Assembly: GCA_903835065.1 (NCBI GenBank)
Contig: CAILLO010000006.1
Location: 4,839-68,838, forward strand
Direction of reading: 5' to 3'
Length of the DNA stretch: 64,000 nucleotides
Source of the DNA: an uncultured Eubacteriales bacterium
GTDB lineage: Bacteria > Bacillota > Clostridia > Saccharofermentanales > UBA5734
This document shows, piece after piece, positions 19,349 through 29,384 of the stretch. A program made the position numbers and the translations under genes. Every line of letters begins with the position of its first letter. Position 1 is the first letter of the stretch. The notes beneath the pieces are model-generated. The model made no database searches and was not told where the DNA came from. It saw only the letters and a list, made by a program, of their open reading frames with translations.

Positions 19349-21478
19349 ATGGAAACGGCACGAAGGAGAGAACTGGTCCTCGAGAACCTGGACTGCGCCG
19401 ATTGCGCGGCCCGGATCGAAGCGCAGGTGGGGAAGCTGGACGGCGTCTCCCGCGCCTCGCTGGACTTCGTCCTGAAGCGGTTGACCCTCGACCTGCGCCC
19501 CGGCTCGTCCCCGGTCGACGTCATGGCCCGGACGAATCGGATCATCCACGACATCGAACCCGGCGTGGTCGTCCAGGACCTCGGCCGCCTGGCCGCCACC
19601 GGCGACTCCGACGACGGCGACGACGCCTTCTCCCGCGCCCGCATCGTCCGCCTGGCGGTCGCGGTCGCCTTCTATGCCGCCGCCCTCGCCTTCGCCGCCG
19701 CCCTTCCCCCCGCGCTCGGCATCACCCTGTACCTCGCCGCCTACCTCCTGGTCGGCGCCGACGTGCTGATCGCCGCCGGACGCAACATCCTCCACGGCCG
19801 GGTCTTCGACGAGAACTTCCTCATGGCCGTCGCGACCCTGGGCGCCTTCGCGATCCGCGCCTACCCGGAGGCCGTCGCCGTCATGCTCTTCTACCAGGCC
19901 GGAGAATTCTTCGAGAAGCTCGCCATCGGGCACTCCCGCCGGTCGATCGACGCCCTGATGGACATCCGCCCCGACTCCGCCAACGTGCGGCGCGGCGACG
20001 TCCTCGTCAAGGTCCCGCCCGACGAGGTCCTCGTCGGAGAGCGCATCTCCGTTCGGCCCGGGGAGCGCGTCCCGCTCGACGGCCGCGTACGGGAGGGCGT
20101 CTCGACGCTGGACGCGTCCGCACTGACCGGCGAGTCGCTGCCCCGCGGCGTGCGACCCGGCGACGAGGTGTTCGCCGGCACCATCAACCTCAACGGGCTG
20201 CTCGAGATCGAGACGACGAAGGCGTTCGGCGAGTCGACCGTCTCCCGCGTCCTGGACCTGGTCCAGCATGCGAGCGCCTGCAAGGCGCCCACGGAGACCT
20301 TCATCGCGAAGTTCGCGCGCGTCTACACTCCGGCCGTCGTCGGCATCGCCGCCTCGCTCGCCGTCCTCCCGCCGCTGCTCGTGCCGGGCGCGACCTTCTC
20401 CGCCTGGATCTACCGCGCCCTGGTATTCCTGGTCGTCTCCTGCCCCTGCGCGCTCGTGATCTCGATCCCTCTCGGCTACTTCGGCGGCATCGGCGCGGCG
20501 TCGCGGCACGGCATCCTGGTCAAGGGAGGCAACTATCTGGAAGCCCTGAACCGGGTCGACACGGTCGTCTTCGACAAGACCGGAACGCTGACGAAGGGCG
20601 TGTTCGAGGTCATCCTGGTCGAGCGCGCGGCCTCCTTCGACGGTGACCTGCTGGAACTGGCCGCCCTCGCCGAGCACCATTCGAACCACCCGATCGCCGC
20701 GTCGATCGGCAGGGCCTACGGTAAAGCCGTCGACGCGCGGCGGATCGGCGGACACGAGGAAATCCCCGGGCAGGGCGTGCGGACGCGGGTCGACGACGTC
20801 CCGGTCCTGGCCGGCAATGCGGACTACCTGCGGCGGGCGGGCGTCGTCTTCGACGAAGCCACCGAACCCGGCACGGTCGTCTATCTGGCGAAGGACGGGC
20901 ACTATGCGGGACACCTCGTCATCGCCGACGAGATCAAGGAGGACGCGGCGCTGGCGATGAGGAGGCTGCGCGAGGCCGGCGTGCGCCGCCTCGTGATGCT
21001 GACCGGCGACAGCCGCGCGGTCGGCGAGAAGGTCGGCCGGGAGCTGGGCTTCGACGAGATCCACGCCGAACTGCTGCCCGACCGGAAGGTCGAGGCGATC
21101 GAGGCGCTGGAGCGGTCCTCCGGGCGGCGCGGCTCGCTCGTGTTCGTCGGCGACGGCATCAACGACGCGCCGGTGCTGGCGCGCGCCGACGTCGGCATCG
21201 CCATGGGCGGACTCGGGTCGGACGCCGCGATCGAGGCCGCCGACGTCGTGCTGATGACCGACGAGCCGTCGAAGGTGGCGGAGGCCGTGCGCCTCGCCCG
21301 CCGGACGCGGCGCATCGTCTGGCAGAACATCGTCCTCGCGCTGGGCATCAAGGCCGTCGTGCTGCTGCTGGGCGCCGCGGGGCTCGCGACCATGTGGGAG
21401 GCCGTGTTCGCGGACATGGGCGTCGCGATGATCGCGATTTTCAATGCGATGCGTGTCCTGAACGACCGGAAGGGCTGA
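19349..21478 (+). CDS. cadA: Heavy-metal (Cd/Zn/Pb-type) translocating P1B-type ATPase
   Basis: N-terminal HMA with CADC (CxxC), CPC transmembrane motif (VSCPCALVIS), DKTGTLT and GDGINDAP. The ATG at 19349 follows a GGAAGGAG RBS. The ORF opens at GTG 19322, overlapping the cadC stop. Confidence 0.9.
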   Translation: METARRRELVLENLDCADCAARIEAQVGKLDGVSRASLDFVLKRLTLDLRPGSSPVDVMARTNRIIHDIEPGVVVQDLGRLAATGDSDDGDDAFSRARIVRLAVAVAFYAAALAFAAALPPALGITLYLAAYLLVGADVLIAAGRNILHGRVFDENFLMAVATLGAFAIRAYPEAVAVMLFYQAGEFFEKLAIGHSRRSIDALMDIRPDSANVRRGDVLVKVPPDEVLVGERISVRPGERVPLDGRVREGVSTLDASALTGESLPRGVRPGDEVFAGTINLNGLLEIETTKAFGESTVSRVLDLVQHASACKAPTETFIAKFARVYTPAVVGIAASLAVLPPLLVPGATFSAWIYRALVFLVVSCPCALVISIPLGYFGGIGAASRHGILVKGGNYLEALNRVDTVVFDKTGTLTKGVFEVILVERAASFDGDLLELAALAEHHSNHPIAASIGRAYGKAVDARRIGGHEEIPGQGVRTRVDDVPVLAGNADYLRRAGVVFDEATEPGTVVYLAKDGHYAGHLVIADEIKEDAALAMRRLREAGVRRLVMLTGDSRAVGEKVGRELGFDEIHAELLPDRKVEAIEALERSSGRRGSLVFVGDGINDAPVLARADVGIAMGGLGSDAAIEAADVVLMTDEPSKVAEAVRLARRTRRIVWQNIVLALGIKAVVLLLGAAGLATMWEAVFADMGVAMIAIFNAMRVLNDRKG

Positions 21479-22678
21479 CTATTCCGCCTTGTTCGCCTTC
21501 GCGATCTCGCGGCCGATCGCCATGCACCGGGCCTGGTCCTCGGCGGTCGGGTTCCACATGCACTTGATGCCTTCGCTCACCAGCGTGAAGCCGGCCTTCG
21601 ACAGCAGTCCGTTGAGCTTCGCGACGGACTCGCCGCTCCAGCCGTAGGCACCGAAGGCAGCGGCCTTCTTGTTCTTGAACTTGAGGCCCTCGATCTCCTC
21701 GAGGATGGCGGCCATGGCCGTCGAGATGCCGTGGTTGATGGTCGGGGAGCCCGCCACGACCGTGCGGGACTTGAAGACCTCGGAGATCGCGTCGTTCTTG
21801 TCGGTCTTGCCCACGTTGTAGAGTTTGACCACGACGGCCGGGTCCTCGAGGTGGATTCCTTCGGCGATGCGGTCGGCCATGGTGCGCGTGGCGTCCCACA
21901 TCGTGTCGTACAGGATCGTGATCTGGTTTTCCTGGTAGTCCTGGGCCCACTCCATGTACTTCAGGACGATCCGCGTCGGGTCGCCGCGCCAGATCACACC
22001 GTGGCTCGGGGCGATCAGGTCGATCGGCAGCCCGAGCGCGAGGACCTCCTTGATCTTGGCGACGACCAGCGCACTGAACGGGGTCAGGATGTTGGCGTAG
22101 TATTTCAGCGCCTCCGCCATGAGCTCGGCCGGGTCGACCTTGTCGCTGAACAGGAACTCGCTCGCGAAGTGCTGGCCGAAGGCGTCGTTGCTGAACAGGA
22201 CCTCGTCGCCGGTGAGATAGCTGGCCATGCTGTCCGGCCAGTGCAGCATGCGCATCTCGACGAACACGAGCTTCTTGCCGTTGCCGACGTCGAGCGAGTC
22301 GCCCGTCTTGACGGTCACGAAGTTCCAGTCCTGATGGTACAGGCCCTTGAGGATCTTCACGCCGTTCGCCGTGCAGTAGATCGGGAGGTCGGGGCGGCGG
22401 GCCATCAGCTCGGGCAGGCTGCCGCTGTGGTCGACTTCGGAGTGGTTCATGACGACCGCGTCGAGGTTCGCCAGCCCGACCTCCTGGTCGAGGTTGTCGA
22501 CGAACTGCCGGTCGTAGGGCGCCCAGACGGTGTCGATCAGGACCGTCTTCTCCTCGCGGACGACATAGGCGTTGTAGCTCGAACCGCGGTGCGTCGAGTA
22601 CTCCATGCCGTGGAAGTTGCGCAGCTCCCAGTCGATGCGGCCCACCCAGTCGATGTGGTTCTTCACGTGGATCTTCAT
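21479..22678 (-). CDS. fprA: FprA-family flavodiiron protein (NO/O2 reductase; metallo-beta-lactamase + flavodoxin domains)
   Basis: 399 aa. A di-iron HxExDH-type motif (MNHSEVDHSGS) and a C-terminal flavodoxin-like domain. Convergent with cadA at zero gap. Confidence 0.85.
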   Translation of the reverse strand: MKIHVKNHIDWVGRIDWELRNFHGMEYSTHRGSSYNAYVVREEKTVLIDTVWAPYDRQFVDNLDQEVGLANLDAVVMNHSEVDHSGSLPELMARRPDLPIYCTANGVKILKGLYHQDWNFVTVKTGDSLDVGNGKKLVFVEMRMLHWPDSMASYLTGDEVLFSNDAFGQHFASEFLFSDKVDPAELMAEALKYYANILTPFSALVVAKIKEVLALGLPIDLIAPSHGVIWRGDPTRIVLKYMEWAQDYQENQITILYDTMWDATRTMADRIAEGIHLEDPAVVVKLYNVGKTDKNDAISEVFKSRTVVAGSPTINHGISTAMAAILEEIEGLKFKNKKAAAFGAYGWSGESVAKLNGLLSKAGFTLVSEGIKCMWNPTAEDQARCMAIGREIAKANKAE

Positions 22679-23232
22679 TTCATCTCCCCTCCGAGGTAGG
22701 TCTTCCGGAGCCGGTGCAGCAGGTCGTGGAATCGCTCGTGGGCACCGGGCCCCATCACGGTCTTCTCGTGCCGCTCGAACCGGTCGAGCAGCCCGGCCTC
22801 CTGCTCGACCGGGATCTTCCGGTCGCCGAGCGGGAACAGGATCATGTTCTCCTTGCGGATGTGGATGCGGAGAAGGGCGAGGTAGGCGTCCGCACCTTCA
22901 ACGAAGGCGGCGGAGTCGAGTCCGCCGTCCGCGAGGGCGGACTTCATCCGGGCGACGGCGGCGCGCCCTTCGACGTGCTCGGCGAGCATGACCCCGATCG
23001 GACCGTTCTCGTTGGGGATGCCGGCCTCGGCCATGGCGGGGAAGAGGATGCCCTCCTCCTTGCCGTGGTGGCACCGGTCGGCGAACTCGACGAAGAAGGC
23101 CACGAGGTCGGCGGCGTCGGCGCGTTCGACGGCGCGGCCTTCGCGGAGCCACTGGGCCATCCGCTCGAGGACGTCGAGCCCGGCGTTGATGGAAACGTGC
23201 TCCTGGATCAGGTCTTCACTGGCGTACTTCAT
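22675..23232 (-). CDS. Hemerythrin-like (HHE cation-binding) domain protein
   Basis: 185 aa with multiple H/E pairs (HHGKEEGILFP, HIRKENMILFP) characteristic of hemerythrin-like di-iron proteins. Overlaps the fprA start, so the two are co-transcribed. Confidence 0.75.
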   Translation of the reverse strand: MKYASEDLIQEHVSINAGLDVLERMAQWLREGRAVERADAADLVAFFVEFADRCHHGKEEGILFPAMAEAGIPNENGPIGVMLAEHVEGRAAVARMKSALADGGLDSAAFVEGADAYLALLRIHIRKENMILFPLGDRKIPVEQEAGLLDRFERHEKTVMGPGAHERFHDLLHRLRKTYLGGEMK

Positions 23233-23288
23233 GAGGGTCCCTCGCTTTCTTTCATGACCCCATTGTAGTCCGTCTCGTCGAAGGATTC

Positions 23289-23304
23289 CGTGATTCCGGT
23301 CACA
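23289..23304 (-). promoter_or_regulatory. CRP/FNR-family site TGTGACCGGAATCACG, 21 nt upstream of a TACAAT -10 (about -41.5), in front of hemerythrin-fprA
   Basis: TGTGA-N6-TCACg dyad. Position relative to the TACAAT -10 (minus strand, about 23262-23267) fits class II activation geometry. Confidence 0.5.
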
Positions 23305-23319
23305 GGAAGCGGAGCCGCT

Positions 23320-24855
23320 TCATGAAACGTCGTCGTGGAGGAAATCGAGGAATTCCACGAGCGCCGGGTCCCGGAGGTCCTCGGTGCAGATCCGCCGCTC
23401 GTCGAGCCGGATCATGGCCGGGGCGTCCGGGTGGAAGGCCGGCCACGACGGCAGGCCGTTCCCGTTGGGGTCGCCGGTCCGGGCGAAGTGGGTCCAGTAG
23501 TCGGCCATCGCCTCGGACAGGTCGTGGTGCCGGCCGTCGAACCGGCGCCAGCAGCGGCCCAGGACGCCGAAGAGGTACCACATCTCGCTCGAGTGGTAGG
23601 CCATGCCGTCCGGGACGAACGAGGCCGCGTTGTGTCCGGGGACGTGGGGGTCGAAGAAGTAGAGGTAGACCGGCGCGTGACCGTTGCGGAACTGGCCGTG
23701 GGCGATCGCGAGGTCCCCGACGCGGGGTCCGGCCTCCAGCAGCGCCGCGGCGATCCGTCCGCCTTCCCCGTCCAGGGGGAACCGGGCCAGGAATTCGTCT
23801 GTCCGCCGTCCCAGCCGCGACCGCAGCGCGCGCCGCTTCTGCTCGCGGATCGGGTGCTCCGGCTCGGCGAAAAGGGCGCGATCGCCTCCGACGCTGCCCA
23901 CCAGGATCGGGACGTCGCGGGCGGCTCCGGTCGCGAAGGCCCGGACCGGATCGACGGGGAACAGGTACGGATCCGACAGGTGGCGGGGCGCCGGTCCGGC
24001 GCCGTGCCGTTCGGCCCACTTCAGGGCCTTGAAGGCCTCCTCGCCGGACAGGGCCCGCAGGTCGTCGACGGATTTCCCGAGCAGGCCGCAGGCTTTCTCT
24101 CCCCAGGCTTCGCCCTCGGCCAGGGTCGCGGACAGGCGGTTCTCGCCAGCGGTGCCATAGCTGCCGCTCTGGACGATGGCTCGGGAGAAGAGCCCCTCGC
24201 TCCGCGGCGAGACGAGGAGGGAGACGACCGAGGAGCCGCCCGCCGATTGACCGAAGATCGTGACGTTGTCCGGGTCGCCCCCGAAGGACGCGATGTTGCG
24301 GTGCACCCAGCGGAGCGCCGCCAGCTGGTCGAGGATCCCGCAGTTGCCCGAGGAGCCGGTCCCGCTTTCGAGGGACAGGTCGGGGTGGGCGAACCAGGCC
24401 AGTACGTCGAGCCGGTAATTGAGCGTGACGAGCAGGACGCCCCGCCGGGCCAGCCCCTCGCCGTCGAATTCCATCTCGTGGCCGTACCCGGTGGACATTC
24501 CGCCCCCGTGGATCCAGACCATGACCGGCAGGCGGTCGGCGGTCGACGCGGCCGGCGTCCAGACGTTCAGGCGGAGGGAGTCCTCGCTCATCGGGAAGGC
24601 GCAGGGATAGAACTCCTTGATGAAGAAGTCCGCGAAGGCCGTGCCGGGCTTGAGGACGGGCTGGAAGCAGAGGTCGGGGAAGTCGGAGCAGAGCCGCTCC
24701 TCCTCCCAGGGCGCGGGGGGTCGCGGGGGGGCGAAGCGGTTCGCGCCCTCCGTCGGGGCGGCGTAGGGGATGCCGCGGAAGACCGTGAAGAGCGGGTTCC
24801 CGCAGGGCACGCCGCGAACGGCGCCGGTCTCGATGCGGGTGGTCCGGATAGCCAT
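23320..24855 (-). CDS. Carboxylesterase type B (para-nitrobenzyl esterase-like)
   Basis: GQSAGG nucleophile elbow and WIHGGG oxyanion-hole motif. About 511 aa from MAIRTT. The upstream part of the 609-aa track ORF is non-coding. Confidence 0.85.
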   Translation of the reverse strand: MAIRTTRIETGAVRGVPCGNPLFTVFRGIPYAAPTEGANRFAPPRPPAPWEEERLCSDFPDLCFQPVLKPGTAFADFFIKEFYPCAFPMSEDSLRLNVWTPAASTADRLPVMVWIHGGGMSTGYGHEMEFDGEGLARRGVLLVTLNYRLDVLAWFAHPDLSLESGTGSSGNCGILDQLAALRWVHRNIASFGGDPDNVTIFGQSAGGSSVVSLLVSPRSEGLFSRAIVQSGSYGTAGENRLSATLAEGEAWGEKACGLLGKSVDDLRALSGEEAFKALKWAERHGAGPAPRHLSDPYLFPVDPVRAFATGAARDVPILVGSVGGDRALFAEPEHPIREQKRRALRSRLGRRTDEFLARFPLDGEGGRIAAALLEAGPRVGDLAIAHGQFRNGHAPVYLYFFDPHVPGHNAASFVPDGMAYHSSEMWYLFGVLGRCWRRFDGRHHDLSEAMADYWTHFARTGDPNGNGLPSWPAFHPDAPAMIRLDERRICTEDLRDPALVEFLDFLHDDVS

Positions 24856-25045
24856 GTCGTCACTCCTTGAGGCACGATTTGCCGGGGCGGACGGCGCGTC
24901 CGCGCCCCGAAACTCCAGTATACCGGAAAAGCGGGGCCGGTTCCGGAACCGATGCTGGAAACCGGTACCGAATTCACGGCTCGCTTTTCGGTAAGATGGA
25001 AGCAGGAACCACAGGGGGCCCGAAAGGGCGGAACAGGAGTCCACC

Positions 25046-25888
25046 ATGGCATTGATCCACGTCGATTTCGTGTCCGAATGTCTCGCGAGGACCGTTCCCT
25101 TCACCGCCATCATCCCGTCGGAGCAGCTCGGTCGCCCCGGCACGCCCAAGCGGGAAAAGAAGCCGTTCAGGACGCTCTACCTCCTGCACGGGATCATCGG
25201 AAACGACACGGACTGGGTGACGGGCACGCGAATCCAGCGCTGGGCACAGGAACGGGACCTCGCGGTCGTCATGCCGTCCGGCGACAACGGCTTCTACGTC
25301 GATCACCCGGGCCGCGGTGACCAGAAGCACGGAGAATACATCGGGCGGGAGCTCGTGGAGTTCACGCGCCGGTTGTTCCCGCTGTCCTGCGAGCGCGAGG
25401 ACACGTATATCGCCGGTCTCTCCATGGGCGGTTACGGAGCGCTGCGCAACGGCCTCAAATACGCCGACACGTTCGGACGGATCGGTGCCTTCTCCAGCGC
25501 GCTGATCCTGGATGCGGCCGTCGCATCGACGGACGACGCCCCCTTCTTCATGCAGCAGCGCTCCTATTTCGAGAGCGTCTTCGGAGACCTGTCCCGTTTG
25601 AAGGGCAGCGACAAGGACCCCGAGATGCTGGTCCGGGGACGGCTCGCAGCCGGGGATCCCGTTCCGGGGATGTACATCTCCTGCGGGACGGAGGATTTCC
25701 TGCTGCCGGCGAATCGCGGTTTCCGCGACTTCCTTCGGGGACAGGGCGTGGACTTCACCTATGTGGAGACGCCCGGCGGGCACGAATGGGACTTCTGGGA
25801 CACGCAGTTGAAGCGGTTCCTCGAGTGGCTGCCCCTGAGACAGTACGGCAAGGACGATCGGAACAGCGGCAACGTCGGCATCCAGTAG
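25046..25888 (+). CDS. Alpha/beta-hydrolase esterase (esterase D / tributyrin esterase-like)
   Basis: GLSMGGYGA nucleophile motif and a C-terminal GGHEWDFW motif. 280 aa. Confidence 0.75.
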   Translation: MALIHVDFVSECLARTVPFTAIIPSEQLGRPGTPKREKKPFRTLYLLHGIIGNDTDWVTGTRIQRWAQERDLAVVMPSGDNGFYVDHPGRGDQKHGEYIGRELVEFTRRLFPLSCEREDTYIAGLSMGGYGALRNGLKYADTFGRIGAFSSALILDAAVASTDDAPFFMQQRSYFESVFGDLSRLKGSDKDPEMLVRGRLAAGDPVPGMYISCGTEDFLLPANRGFRDFLRGQGVDFTYVETPGGHEWDFWDTQLKRFLEWLPLRQYGKDDRNSGNVGIQ

Positions 25889-25925
25889 AAGGGTGCGCGG
25901 TCGTGGAAGAAGAAGGAGAAATGAA

Positions 25926-28121
25926 GTGGAGAACCGCATCGACGCGCTTCTTGAGAAGATGACCCTTGCAGAGAAGGTGGGGCAGCTGACATCGTGGTCG
26001 GCCTCGATCTTCGGCGCCTTCGACATGGGCGCCCTGATCCAGCAGCTCGTGGACGGCGCGATCTCGATCGAGGAGTTCGAGAGCCTGCCGCGCGACTATC
26101 ACGAACAGGAGATCCGCGACGGCCTGGTCGGCAGTCTCGGCGGCGCGCCCGACGTCGACACGCTGCTGAAGCTGCAGCGGATCGCCGTCGAGGAATCGCG
26201 CCTCGGCATCCCGATCCTGTTCGGCTTCGACGTGATCCACGGCTTCCGCACGATCTTTCCGATCCCCCTGGCCGAGGCCTGCAGCTGGGAGCCCGACCTG
26301 GCCCGCCGGACCGCGGCCGTCGCCGCGAAGGAGGCTTCCGCGGCCGGCCTCAACTGGACCTATGCGCCGATGGTGGACATCGCGCGCGATCCCCGGTGGG
26401 GCCGCATCTCGGAAGGGGCGGGAGAGGACAAGTTCCTGGGCAGCGTCTTCGCCGCCGCGCGGGTCGAAGGGTTCCAGGGCGACCTGTCGTCCGACGAGAG
26501 CGTCCTCGCCTGCGTCAAGCACTACGCCGCCTATGGGGCGGCCGTCGGAGGCCGCGACTACAACACGGTCGACATGTCCCTGCCCCTGCTGCACGACGTC
26601 TACCTGCCGCCCTTCGAGGTCGCGGCGCGTGCCGGGGCGGCGACCTTCATGAGCGCCTTCAACGATCTCAACGGCGTGCCCTGCACGGCCAATCCCTACC
26701 TGCTGGACACGGTGCTGCGCGGGCGGTTCGGCTTCCGCGGCTTCGTCGTCAGCGATGCGAATGCGGTCGGCGAACTGGTCGTCCACGGGTTCTCCGCGAA
26801 TCTACGCGAGGCGAGCCGGATGGCCCTGCAGGCGGGCGTCGAGATGGACATGAGCCACGGCTACTATCGCGAGAATCTGCCCCTCGCCGTCGCCGACGGG
26901 AGCCTTCCCGGGAAGGACCTCGACGAGGCCGTTCGGCGGGTGCTGCGCGTCAAGTTCCGGCTCGGGCTGTTCGAGCGCCCCTACCGGACGGACGCGGCGA
27001 AGGCGGAGCGCACGCTGCTCGCGTCGGCGCACGTCGACCTCGCCCGCGAAGCGGCGCGGCGGTCCATGGTGCTGCTGAAGAACGAGGGAGCCGTCCTGCC
27101 GCTCGCGAAGGAACTCCGCCGCGTGGCGGTCGTCGGTCCGCTGGCCGACGACGCGGCCGACCTGCTCGGCGCCTGGGCCGGCGTCGGCAAGCCCGAGGAC
27201 TGCGTGTCCGTGCTGGCGGGGATGTGCGCGGCCGCCGGCGTCGCGACGGAGATCCTGCATGCGCCGGGCTGCAAGGTCCTCGGCGACGACACGTCCGGGT
27301 TCGCCGACGCGATCCGCGCGGCCGAACTGTCGGACGTCGTGGTCGCGGTCGTCGGCGAGAGCAAGGACATGAGCGGCGAGGGCGGCTCGCGCATCGACCT
27401 GGGCCTGCCCGGCGTGCAGGAGGAGCTGGTCCGCACGCTGGTCGGCACGGGGAAGCCCGTCGTCGTCGTGCTGGTCAACGGCCGCCCGCTGGCCTTCCCC
27501 TGGATCAAGGAACATGCGGCCGCCATCGTGGAGGCCTGGCAGCCCGGCATCCAGGGCGGACCGGCCGTCGCCGACGTCCTGTTCGGCGCGTACAACCCCA
27601 GCGGGCGGCTGGCCGCGACGTTCCCGTACTCCGTCGGCCAGGTCCCGGTCCACTACGACCACCCGATGACCGGCCGCCCGGCGGCGGCGACCCGCTTCAG
27701 CTCGAAGTACATCGACGGCCCGACCGAGCCGCTGTATCCGTTCGGGTATGGGCTGGGCTACACGGAGTTCACGTACGCCGATCTGCGCGTGGACCGCGTC
27801 GAAGTGCCGGCGGACGGGAAAGTCGCCGTCGAGGTGGACCTGACGAACGTCGGACCGGTCTTCGGCGAGGAGGTCGTGCAGCTGTACGTCTCGGACCTCG
27901 TGGGCTCCCGCGTCCGGCCGGTCAAGGAGCTGAAGGGCTTCCACAAGGCCGCCCTGATGCCGGGGGAGACGCGCTGCGTGCGGTTCGACCTCGAGATCGC
28001 GGCCCTGGGCCATCACGACGAGGCGCTGCGCTACCTCGTGGAGCCGGGGGAATTCCGGATCACCGTGGGTCCCGACTCGCAGCGCGGGCTGCAGGCGACG
28101 ATCCGCGTCGTCGCGGGCTGA
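25926..28121 (+). CDS. bglX: Glycoside hydrolase family 3 beta-glucosidase (BglX-like)
   Basis: GH3 signature blocks (KHYAAYG, GFVVSD catalytic Asp region) and a C-terminal fibronectin-like domain. Likely GTG start at about 25926 after a GAAGGAG RBS. The track ORF opens at 25893. Confidence 0.9.
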   Translation: MENRIDALLEKMTLAEKVGQLTSWSASIFGAFDMGALIQQLVDGAISIEEFESLPRDYHEQEIRDGLVGSLGGAPDVDTLLKLQRIAVEESRLGIPILFGFDVIHGFRTIFPIPLAEACSWEPDLARRTAAVAAKEASAAGLNWTYAPMVDIARDPRWGRISEGAGEDKFLGSVFAAARVEGFQGDLSSDESVLACVKHYAAYGAAVGGRDYNTVDMSLPLLHDVYLPPFEVAARAGAATFMSAFNDLNGVPCTANPYLLDTVLRGRFGFRGFVVSDANAVGELVVHGFSANLREASRMALQAGVEMDMSHGYYRENLPLAVADGSLPGKDLDEAVRRVLRVKFRLGLFERPYRTDAAKAERTLLASAHVDLAREAARRSMVLLKNEGAVLPLAKELRRVAVVGPLADDAADLLGAWAGVGKPEDCVSVLAGMCAAAGVATEILHAPGCKVLGDDTSGFADAIRAAELSDVVVAVVGESKDMSGEGGSRIDLGLPGVQEELVRTLVGTGKPVVVVLVNGRPLAFPWIKEHAAAIVEAWQPGIQGGPAVADVLFGAYNPSGRLAATFPYSVGQVPVHYDHPMTGRPAAATRFSSKYIDGPTEPLYPFGYGLGYTEFTYADLRVDRVEVPADGKVAVEVDLTNVGPVFGEEVVQLYVSDLVGSRVRPVKELKGFHKAALMPGETRCVRFDLEIAALGHHDEALRYLVEPGEFRITVGPDSQRGLQATIRVVAG

Positions 28122-28125
28122 ACCG

Positions 28126-29340
28126 CTAGACGACGGGCGTGTCGGCCGGGGTGGGCGACTCCGCCGCTCCGACCGTCGCCTCGACGGTCGGAGCGGCGGT
28201 CGCCGTCGGACCGTGCGTCGCGCTCGGCTCGGGCGTCGCGGTCGGCGTCGGGCCGGGACCCTCGTACGGCGTGACGATCGGCGCGAAGGGCGTGAACGGG
28301 AGGGTCTGCTCCCAGATGAACTGCTGGATCTTCGGCAACAGCGCGTTGCGGTCGGGGACCATGCACCAGTTGCCGCCGCGATAGACCGTGTAGTCGCCGG
28401 TGGTCGGGACGAGCATCTCCTTCACGCCGTTCTTGAGCAGCGGAAGCGCTTCGAGTCCCAGCCAGGTGATCTCGGTGGGCGACAGATTGGTCGTGCAGTC
28501 GGACAGACCCTGCTGGATCAGGTGGGCCTTCGTGACGATGGAATCCTTCTCGAAGCTGACGAGCAGGGCCTTCAAGACGGTGCGCTCGCGCTGCGTCCGG
28601 ACGAAATCGCTGTCGAGCTTGCGGATGCGCGCGTAGCAGACGGCCTGGCGCCCGTCGAGGTGCTGCAGGCCGGCGACCGTGACGTAGGGGATCTTCGGGG
28701 TGTTCGGGAAGATGGAATTGTTCTCCTCGTCGAGGTTCTTGTTCAACCAGGGGATCTCCGCCGTGGTCACGTCGATGTCGACGCCGCCGCCGAGGTCGAT
28801 CAGGTTCTCCGCGTTCTTGAAGTCCACTTCGACGTACTTCGTGATGTCGAGTCCGAAGTTCTGGTTCACGGTCTTCATGGTCATCTCGGCGCCGCCATAG
28901 GCGTACGCGGCGTTGATCTTGGCGGTCCCTCGCCCGGGGATCGGGACCCAGAGGTCGCGCATGATGGACATGAGCTTCAGGGTGCCGTGCAGGCGGTCGA
29001 CGGTGACGACCATGAGGACGTCGGAATTGCCGTTGACGTCCGACGCGTGGCGGCTGTCGGTGCCGATCAGGAGGATGTTGAGGACCTGGTCGAGGTGGGG
29101 CGCCTCGACGGTCGGCTCCAGGGTCGTGGAGGGCTCGGGGGTGCCGGAGACGTCCGACGAAGCGGAGGCCGTGACGGTGGGCTGGCCCGTGGGACGGTAG
29201 TTCAATCCGGAGAAGAGATAGGACCACGCGGCGTATCCGAGCGTGGCCAGGACGAGCACGAGACAGCCGAGGATGGCGAACGGTCGGAGGAGACTCCTCT
29301 TGTCGTGTTTCATGGGTGTGGACGCTTTCTGCCGCTGCAA
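28126..29340 (-). CDS. LytR-CpsA-Psr (LCP) family cell-envelope phosphotransferase
   Basis: N-terminal TM anchor, LCP core (ILLIGTDSR, MVVTV) and a P/T-rich C-terminal tail. Confidence 0.8.
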   Translation of the reverse strand: MQRQKASTPMKHDKRSLLRPFAILGCLVLVLATLGYAAWSYLFSGLNYRPTGQPTVTASASSDVSGTPEPSTTLEPTVEAPHLDQVLNILLIGTDSRHASDVNGNSDVLMVVTVDRLHGTLKLMSIMRDLWVPIPGRGTAKINAAYAYGGAEMTMKTVNQNFGLDITKYVEVDFKNAENLIDLGGGVDIDVTTAEIPWLNKNLDEENNSIFPNTPKIPYVTVAGLQHLDGRQAVCYARIRKLDSDFVRTQRERTVLKALLVSFEKDSIVTKAHLIQQGLSDCTTNLSPTEITWLGLEALPLLKNGVKEMLVPTTGDYTVYRGGNWCMVPDRNALLPKIQQFIWEQTLPFTPFAPIVTPYEGPGPTPTATPEPSATHGPTATAAPTVEATVGAAESPTPADTPVV

Positions 29341-29384
29341 CCGCTTGCAGGCTTCGCATGTGCCCTATACTATCACGCTTTGCG

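Noticed and set aside
25893-25925. Upstream extension of the GH3 ORF (MRGRGRRRRN...)
   Set aside because: It is an Arg-rich translation of the RBS region (GAAGAAGGAGAAA). The GTG after the RBS is the more plausible start.
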